Source: an uncultured archaeon
GTDB taxonomy: Archaea; Asgardarchaeota; Lokiarchaeia; Sigyniarchaeales; SOKP01
DNA: 12,152 nucleotides
Direction: 5' to 3'
NCBI GenBank assembly: GCA_964508365.1
Contig: CAZDTP010000086.1
Location: 1 to 12,152 of the forward strand
The notes under the pieces are model-generated. The model did no database searches. It was given only the letters and a program-made list of their open reading frames with translations, and was not told the origin of the DNA. Made by a program: the position numbers and the translations under genes. This document shows positions 6,967 to 12,152 of the stretch, one piece after another (the stretch's first letter is position 1; every line of letters begins with the position of its first letter).

Positions 6967-7734
6967 GTGAATTTTGTTAATATTAAAGATTTTATTGAAT
7001 ATAGAAGGGGAACAATTCCTTTAATTTTCTCAGTTCCTCACGGTGGCACTTTTAAATTTGAAAACATTCCTGATAGAACAAATGGTATTCATGGAGTAGA
7101 CAAGGAAACAGTGAGGTTAGCATTTGATTTAATAGAAAAAATTAGCAACCTATTCCAGTTAAACTCCAAAGATATTGGGACTCCTTCTTATGTAATATCT
7201 AAAGTTAAAAGGGTGAAAATAGATTTTAATAGAAAAGAATCAGAAGCATTTCATGTAAAATCTAGTTTGGCCAGAGAAATATACCAATCTTATCATAATA
7301 AGATTCATGAGTTAATTTCTTACAATTTAAATAGATTTAAACGATCGTTATTAATTGATATTCATGGTTTTGAAAAAACTAAGAGACCTAACGGATTTCG
7401 TGACGTAGAATTAGTTTTAGGCACCAATAATTTGGGATCTATGTTTCAAGATAAAATACCAAAGAAAGATTGGGGTAAAAATTTCCGTGGAAAGATTGTA
7501 AAGAAATTCAATGATTTAAACATCCCAATCGCTCCAGGTCTTCACAATAGGAAAGAATATGTTTTAACAGGAGGATATATAATACAAAAATATGGAGCAA
7601 GTCGAATAAAAGAGAGCCAAGCTATACAAATAGAATTTTCAGATACAATCCGTCTTTATGACGAAGAATTAAGAGAAAAAACATTAAATTTCTTGGCGCA
7701 ACTATTTTTTGAAGAATTTAATATAGAGAGATGA
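6967..7734 (+). CDS. N-formylglutamate amidohydrolase family protein (HutG/FGase-like Zn-dependent hydrolase)
   Basis: Motifs PLIFSVPHGG, IDFNR, YH..I, LLIDIHG, ELVLGT, GGYI..KY and AIQIE match the FGase family. The start is uncertain because the GTG lies inside the RBS GAGGTGA (6964-6970). Confidence 0.75.
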   Translation: MNFVNIKDFIEYRRGTIPLIFSVPHGGTFKFENIPDRTNGIHGVDKETVRLAFDLIEKISNLFQLNSKDIGTPSYVISKVKRVKIDFNRKESEAFHVKSSLAREIYQSYHNKIHELISYNLNRFKRSLLIDIHGFEKTKRPNGFRDVELVLGTNNLGSMFQDKIPKKDWGKNFRGKIVKKFNDLNIPIAPGLHNRKEYVLTGGYIIQKYGASRIKESQAIQIEFSDTIRLYDEELREKTLNFLAQLFFEEFNIER

Positions 7735-7750
7735 AAGGATTTCTCCTTAG

Positions 7751-7773
7751 AATCGTTTTTAAATAACAATTAT
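7751..7773. promoter_or_regulatory. Second copy of the palindromic motif (AATCGTT-N7-AACAATT-AT) overlapping a TTTAAATA TATA-like box
   Basis: 19 of 23 positions are identical to 3387-3409. Lies upstream of the 7847 ORF. Confidence 0.45.
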
Positions 7774-7807
7774 ATGATGAATTATAAATAATAGAACTCT
7801 TTCTAGG

Positions 7808-7817
7808 TTATATAAAA
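7808..7817 (+). promoter_or_regulatory. TATA box (TTATATAAAA) upstream of the 7847 ORF
   Basis: Ends about 30 nt before the ATG, which has no SD motif. This fits a short-leader or leaderless archaeal transcript. Confidence 0.5.
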
Positions 7818-7846
7818 ATAAACCATATCACTTTGACTTTATTTTT

Positions 7847-8182
7847 ATGAGCGATGATAAAATTGACATTAGCGATTTAGAATCGTTTATTAGTGGTTTA
7901 AAAACTGCTCTAGATATGCTTGATGGAGCTGATCCATCTCAATCAAAAGGTTTTCAGTCTCAGTTAGCAAAAACTATCTCTGCTTTAAGGATAAAAAGAA
8001 CTGAAAAATTTGAACCATTACCTAAAATTTTGGGTAATGTAACTAAAGATACTATAAAGAATTACTTATTAAAGGAATTAGAGCAATTAATGGATTATTT
8101 AGATAATCAAAATTATCCTAAGGGTAAATTTGATTTAGTGAAAAAAATCGTTCATTTAAGAGCTGAAATTAATAGAATTTAA
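7847..8182 (+). CDS. Hypothetical 111 aa protein, probably alpha-helical
   Basis: Clean ORF with an upstream TATA box and amphipathic-helix-like pattern (DLESFISGLKTALDML; IKNYLLKELEQLMDYL). No recognised family. Confidence 0.7.
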   Translation: MSDDKIDISDLESFISGLKTALDMLDGADPSQSKGFQSQLAKTISALRIKRTEKFEPLPKILGNVTKDTIKNYLLKELEQLMDYLDNQNYPKGKFDLVKKIVHLRAEINRI

Positions 8183-8230
8183 TATCTTTTAATTTCTTAT
8201 CCTCATTTAAGTATTTTAAAGGTGGTTCAA

Positions 8231-8986
8231 ATGTTAATTGATGTCCATTGTCATATTAATCTATACTTAACAATTGATAAAGTTATTAAGAATGCACGCG
8301 ATGTTGGTGTTGAGAAAATAGTTGCTGTAGCAATGAGTTCCCTAAGCCAAGAGAGAGTTTTAGAGATAGCCAGTCAATATAATGAGGTTTTTGCCTCATT
8401 AGGAATCCATCCTGAAGAAGTAAAAATGAACGAGAAAATAGAACAACAACTAGATTCAATAATTAACTTAATTAGAAAAAATAAAGAAAATATATGTGCT
8501 ATTGGAGAAATTGGTCTAGATCACTACTTCGTTAAAGATAAAGATCTATATCCTCTTCAAAAGACAATTTTTGAAAAAATGTTATTGCTCGCTCAAGGTT
8601 TGGAACTCCCAGTTAATCTTCACACAAAAGGAGCTGAAAATATAGTTTTTGATACCTTGCCCTCTTATAAAATCCCCAATATCAACATTCATTGGTATTC
8701 AGGACCAGAGAAATTTATAAAACTTGGCATGGATAGAGGATATTATTTCTCAATTACACCAGCAATTAGCTATTCACCAGTTGTAAAGAAAGTCGTTTTA
8801 ACCGTTGATAAAGAACACCTTCTTTTGGAAAGCGATGGACCAGTGAAATACTCAGGAGAAATAGGTGTTCCGGCAATGATTAAGAATGTTTTAAAATCAA
8901 TTTCAACTTTAAAAGAAATTAATTCAGATGAATTAGAAAAACAAATTGAAGTAAATACACGAAAGATCTTCCCTAAAATTTTTTAA
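8231..8986 (+). CDS. tatD: TatD family metal-dependent nuclease/hydrolase
   Basis: IDVHCH (HxH), LGIHP, AIGEIGLD, VNLHT, IHWYSG and LLESDGP. The ORF-track GTG 8222 is part of the RBS AAGGTGG (8219-8225), so ATG 8231 is the likely start. Confidence 0.93.
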   Translation: MLIDVHCHINLYLTIDKVIKNARDVGVEKIVAVAMSSLSQERVLEIASQYNEVFASLGIHPEEVKMNEKIEQQLDSIINLIRKNKENICAIGEIGLDHYFVKDKDLYPLQKTIFEKMLLLAQGLELPVNLHTKGAENIVFDTLPSYKIPNINIHWYSGPEKFIKLGMDRGYYFSITPAISYSPVVKKVVLTVDKEHLLLESDGPVKYSGEIGVPAMIKNVLKSISTLKEINSDELEKQIEVNTRKIFPKIF

Positions 8987-9015
8987 ATTTTACCTTTTTA
9001 AAAGCGTTCTAATTG

Positions 9016-9071
9016 AAATTAATAAGGATTAATTTTTTATAACAAAGAATCATTATTCTGATCTATATAAA
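9016..9071 (+). promoter_or_regulatory. cdhA promoter region: two inverted repeats plus TATA box
   Basis: AAATTAAT-AAGG-ATTAATTT (9016-9035), AGAAT-CATT-ATTCT (9046-9059) and TATATAAA (9064-9071), which ends about 22 nt before ATG 9093. Confidence 0.45.
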
Positions 9072-9092
9072 TAAATTAAAGAAGTGAAATGG

Positions 9093-11441
9093 ATGAGTAA
9101 AAAAGGTGCTAGAATAAAAATTGACGAATATAAAGGACCTTTAGGTTCAATTAAAGGCTTTGAATTAACTACTGGAAAGATAAGCTGGGGGGACGAAACA
9201 GAATGGGAACCAATGGGACCAACCCCAGAACCTCATATTCCCACATTACGAGACTGGTTCTTTAAACTCATGGAGAGATATCCTCCATACTACATGCCTA
9301 TTTGCGACATGTGTTGTCTTTGTACGTACGGTAAGTGTAATCTTTCGAAGGGCAGAACGGGTGCTTGCGGAATTAACATGGAAACACAACAAGCAAGGAT
9401 AGTAGAAATTGCTTGTGCTATCGGGGCTTCTTGTCATTCGGCTCACGGAGATCATTTACTTCACTGGCTTAAAGAGAAATATGGTAATGTTCCAATAAAT
9501 TTTGGCAATAATATTGCTGTAGAAATGCCACATACTAGACTTGTTGTAGGAATGAAGCCTGAAACCCTTGAAGATTTAGAGACGGCAATGGAATGGGTTC
9601 ATTTTACAATCACTCATTTATTAGCCTCAGGACACACAGGACAAGAGTCATCTTATCTAGATTTCGAGGCCAAAAGTTTCCTTGCAGGATTAGCAGATTC
9701 AGTAGGAATGGAGATATCAGACGCCGTTCAAATTGCTGCATATGGATTCCCGGCGGGAGAAGCAGATGTACCTATAGTAGAACTAGGTATGGGAACTATG
9801 GATGTAGAAAATAAAGCAGCGATATTAATGATAGGGCACAATGTTGCGCCGGGAGTAGAACTTGTTGATTATATGCGGGAACATAACTTAGAAGAAAAAG
9901 TAGATGTAGGGGCAATTTGTTGTACTGCTTTAGATTTAACCAGGTATTATAGTGGAGCCAAAGTCGTTGGATCATTGTCTAGACAAATGCACTTTATCCG
10001 CTCTGGTTTGGCAGATGTAGTCATGGTCGATGAACAGTGTGTCAATCTTCGAAGTTTTGAGCAAGCCCAACTAGTAGGAGCACCATTTATTGCTACTAAC
10101 GAAAAAAATATGGGGGGCTTACCAAATAGAACAAACGATCCTGCAGAAGAAATAATAGACGATTTAGTTAGTGGTAAATATCCTGGAGTCCTTATCTTAG
10201 ATCCAATAAAGGCAGGAAAGGTGGCTGTTGAAACGGCAGTTAAAGTCCGCCCAATTAGAAAATCTCGAAGCGCTGTTCCCGACGAGGAAGGTTGTATCGA
10301 AATGGCCTACAATTGTAATGGCTGCGGTAATTGTCAACGCAATTGCCCTAACGATTTACCCCTTGTTGAAGGAGTACGATTAGCGAAAGATGGTGATTTT
10401 TCAGTATTAGAGAAGGTTTATGACGATTGTTTAGATTGTGGGCGCTGTGAAGCCGATTGTATGAAAAATGTATCTCCATTAACGCTTATAATGCATGCGG
10501 GAAGAGACAAAATTAGAAATGAGAAGTTTAACGTTCGAGTAGGACGAGGACCTATACAAGATACAGAGATTCGAAATGTTGGAGCCCCAATCGTACTAGG
10601 AGAAATACCTGGGATAGTTGCAATTATAGGATGTGCGAATTATGGAAAGGATATCCGAGAACTATATAAGCTCGCAGAAGAATTCTGCGTAAGAAATTAC
10701 ATTGTAGTAGTTTCCGGTTGTGGAGCTATGGATATCGGTTTAGTAAAAGATGAAGAAGGTAAAACGCTCTATGATAGATTTCCTGGGGACTTTGATAGAG
10801 GAGGTTTAGTAAATGTTGGTTCTTGCGTTTCAAATCCACACATTACTGGTGCTGCGATAAAAGTAGCAAATATTTTTGCAAGACGTCCGTTACGAGGTAA
10901 CTTCGAAGAAATTGCCGATTATATCTTACATAGAGTTGGAGCTGTCGGCGTTGCGTGGGGAGCTATGTCTCAAAAGGCTGCCAGTATAGCCAGTATGGCA
11001 AATAGCGTAGGCGTTCCAGCCGTAGTGGGTCCACATGCTGCAGAATATCGGCGTATGTATGTCGGTCGATCTGATAACGAAGATTCGTGGAAAGTATATA
11101 ACGCGAGAGACGGAACCGCTGACCATATAGTTGGACCAGGACCAGAACATTTATTAGTGCCTGCTGAATCTATAGAACAAGCAATTTGTTTAGTAGCTAA
11201 AATGTGTTTAAGACCTGCAGATAATTCAAAAGGTAGAATGATTAAATTATCTCATTGGATAGATTTAGAGCGGAAATATAAGGGAGTAGACTTTCCAAAC
11301 GATTTAGAAAAGTTCATTCGAGTAGAAGCGGATATTCCTATTAACATGAAAGACGGAATTGTACAATTTTTAGAAGAAAAAGGTTGGAAACCAAAAGAAA
11401 TAATTGATCCAACTTTACTCAAAAGACTTTGTCATGCATAA
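9093..11441 (+). CDS. cdhA: CO dehydrogenase/acetyl-CoA synthase (ACDS) complex alpha subunit, archaeal Ni-CODH
   Basis: 782 aa from ATG 9093. Contains MGPTP, PICDMCCLCTYGKC..GACG (B/D clusters) and CHSAHGDHL. C-cluster ligands: GHN, ICCT, DEQC, GCAN, SGCG, GSCVSN. Catalytic SQKA. Two extra ferredoxin-type motifs (CNGCGNCQRNCP, CLDCGRCEADC) are typical of CdhA. Confidence 0.97.
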   Translation: MSKKGARIKIDEYKGPLGSIKGFELTTGKISWGDETEWEPMGPTPEPHIPTLRDWFFKLMERYPPYYMPICDMCCLCTYGKCNLSKGRTGACGINMETQQARIVEIACAIGASCHSAHGDHLLHWLKEKYGNVPINFGNNIAVEMPHTRLVVGMKPETLEDLETAMEWVHFTITHLLASGHTGQESSYLDFEAKSFLAGLADSVGMEISDAVQIAAYGFPAGEADVPIVELGMGTMDVENKAAILMIGHNVAPGVELVDYMREHNLEEKVDVGAICCTALDLTRYYSGAKVVGSLSRQMHFIRSGLADVVMVDEQCVNLRSFEQAQLVGAPFIATNEKNMGGLPNRTNDPAEEIIDDLVSGKYPGVLILDPIKAGKVAVETAVKVRPIRKSRSAVPDEEGCIEMAYNCNGCGNCQRNCPNDLPLVEGVRLAKDGDFSVLEKVYDDCLDCGRCEADCMKNVSPLTLIMHAGRDKIRNEKFNVRVGRGPIQDTEIRNVGAPIVLGEIPGIVAIIGCANYGKDIRELYKLAEEFCVRNYIVVVSGCGAMDIGLVKDEEGKTLYDRFPGDFDRGGLVNVGSCVSNPHITGAAIKVANIFARRPLRGNFEEIADYILHRVGAVGVAWGAMSQKAASIASMANSVGVPAVVGPHAAEYRRMYVGRSDNEDSWKVYNARDGTADHIVGPGPEHLLVPAESIEQAICLVAKMCLRPADNSKGRMIKLSHWIDLERKYKGVDFPNDLEKFIRVEADIPINMKDGIVQFLEEKGWKPKEIIDPTLLKRLCHA

Positions 11442-11445
11442 AGAA

Positions 11446-11467
11446 TTTTTTTTATTTTTTTATTTTT
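11446..11467 (+). terminator. Strong oligo-T terminator after cdhA
   Basis: T8-A-T7-A-T5 begins 4 nt after the TAA. Confidence 0.65.
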
Positions 11468-11535
11468 ATTTAAATCTCTTACAATTTTAATTTTGTTCTA
11501 TTAACTTAATTACATCCTCAGGAAATTCTTCTTAG

Positions 11536-11858
11536 TTACTGAACTTTTTTTTGCAACTATACAAATCAAATCATAGAAATGATATATATGGACAAATCAA
11601 CGCTTTTGAGAACGGTAAAGGCGAATATATTTTTCTTGGTGCTGATGAAAAAAAAAGGGAATAAGTAAGATAGTTGGATTAAATAGCTATCTTTCTAAAA
11701 AATCCATAACATTAGATAAGCTTAAACGAGATATTTAGATTAAATGTTGGAATTACTTAGAGAAAGATCCTCGCATTGAAGCAAATGAATATCAAGGAAA
11801 AATTTTGCTAAGAATAAAAATTCTTTCAAAAACATTCTTGACTTCTTTAGAGGAGTAG
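11536..11858 (+). pseudogene. Decayed Schlafen/AlbA_2 (putative nucleic-acid-binding) domain gene
   Basis: Not in the ORF track. Reads NDIYGQINAFENGKGEYIFLGADEKK, then a -1 shift at the A9 run (11648-11656), then KGISKIVGLNSYLSKKSITLDKLKRDI, TAG 11736, and IKCWNYLEKDPRIEANEYQGKILLRIKIL. This resembles the AlbA_2 signature 'I.AF.N..G..I.lG..D....I.Gl'. Boundaries are approximate. Confidence 0.55.
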
Positions 11859-11877
11859 AATCTACATCTTCTTTATA

Positions 11878-12152
11878 TGATTCTGGAAGTGAAGTTAAAT
11901 TATTATAGCTTAAATCTAGTATGCTTAGTTTTAATAATTCAGACAATATCTCTGGAAATGATGATATCAAATTTTTTTTAGATTTAATGAGTTAAGTTCA
12001 TTTAAAGCTCGTATTGAATCAGGATGTAATTAATTACTTTGATGATGACTTGGATCAAAGAATATTAAGAAAAGTATGATAATTATTTCTCTTATTATTC
12101 AATTAAATACTTCCAGATTTAAAATTCAATAATTTAAAAGAGAGAAGATAGT
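11878..12152 (-). pseudogene. Decayed leucine-rich-repeat protein gene
   Basis: Minus strand reads DPSHHQSN*LHPDSIRALNELNSLNLKK, then a frameshift at the A8 run (plus-strand T8, 11972-11979), then NLISSFPEILSELLKLSILDLSYNNLTSLPES. That is about two LxxLxLxxNxLxxLPxxI repeats, with more degraded repeat-like sequence up to the window edge. Confidence 0.7.

Noticed and set aside
7732-7748. TGA followed directly by a small hairpin (AAGGA-TTTC-TCCTT): possible selenocysteine recoding
   Set aside because: The TGA falls after the complete FGase domain. Readthrough adds only about 18 low-complexity residues, the stem is 5 bp and there is no SECIS-like structure.
9246-11150. Three short ORFs (9246-9455 -, 9593-9814 +, 10926-11150 -)
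   Set aside because: All nested within cdhA in other frames or on the other strand, with no support.
11740-11877. C-terminal part of the track's 76 aa LRR ORF (YKEDVDSTPLKK...)
   Set aside because: The LRR pattern ends at LPES. The remainder is largely antisense read-through of the AlbA_2-like relic, so this is not treated as an intact gene.
11506-12033. 13-bp perfect inverted repeat TTAATTACATCCT (11506-11518) / AGGATGTAATTAA (12021-12033) as MITE or inversion ends
   Set aside because: It does not extend, I saw no target-site duplication, and the right copy lies inside the LRR relic, which continues past it. It is plausible by chance in very AT-rich DNA.
1-12152. CRISPR array, tRNA/rRNA, IS element or prophage genes
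   Set aside because: No regularly spaced repeats, cloverleaf-like or rRNA-like segments, transposase, integrase or viral ORFs were seen by eye. A tRNAscan or Infernal run would be the formal check.

Overview
AT-rich archaeal window of mostly intact housekeeping and metabolic genes. It is most consistent with an Asgard/Lokiarchaeia-like genome. That assignment is inferred from the archaeal-type CdhA, GGTG-type ribosome-binding sites, TATA boxes, oligo-T terminators, and SCP2 and LRR genes; no marker gene is present. Gene order: SCP2 lipid-binding protein (3' end, +), U32-family Fe-S hydroxylase-like protein (-), long-form HtpX M48 protease (-), unknown ~212 aa protein (+), Fe-S-less MutY-like glycosylase (+), B12-binding radical SAM protein (-), small membrane protein (+), N-formylglutamate amidohydrolase-family protein (+), unknown 111 aa protein (+), TatD (+), stand-alone CdhA (+). 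The window ends in two decayed, convergent gene relics: Schlafen/AlbA_2-like (+) and LRR (-). No rRNA, tRNA, CRISPR array or transposase is visible. The most unusual signal is translational. The unknown gene and mutY are in the same frame separated by one TAG, and both lack an ATG/GTG/TTG at their apparent N-termini. Each is preceded by a short ATG mini-ORF in another frame, and for mutY the mini-ORF stop overlaps an ATT codon (TAATT). A palindromic motif, AATYGTT-N7-AACAATT, occurs in two promoter regions.
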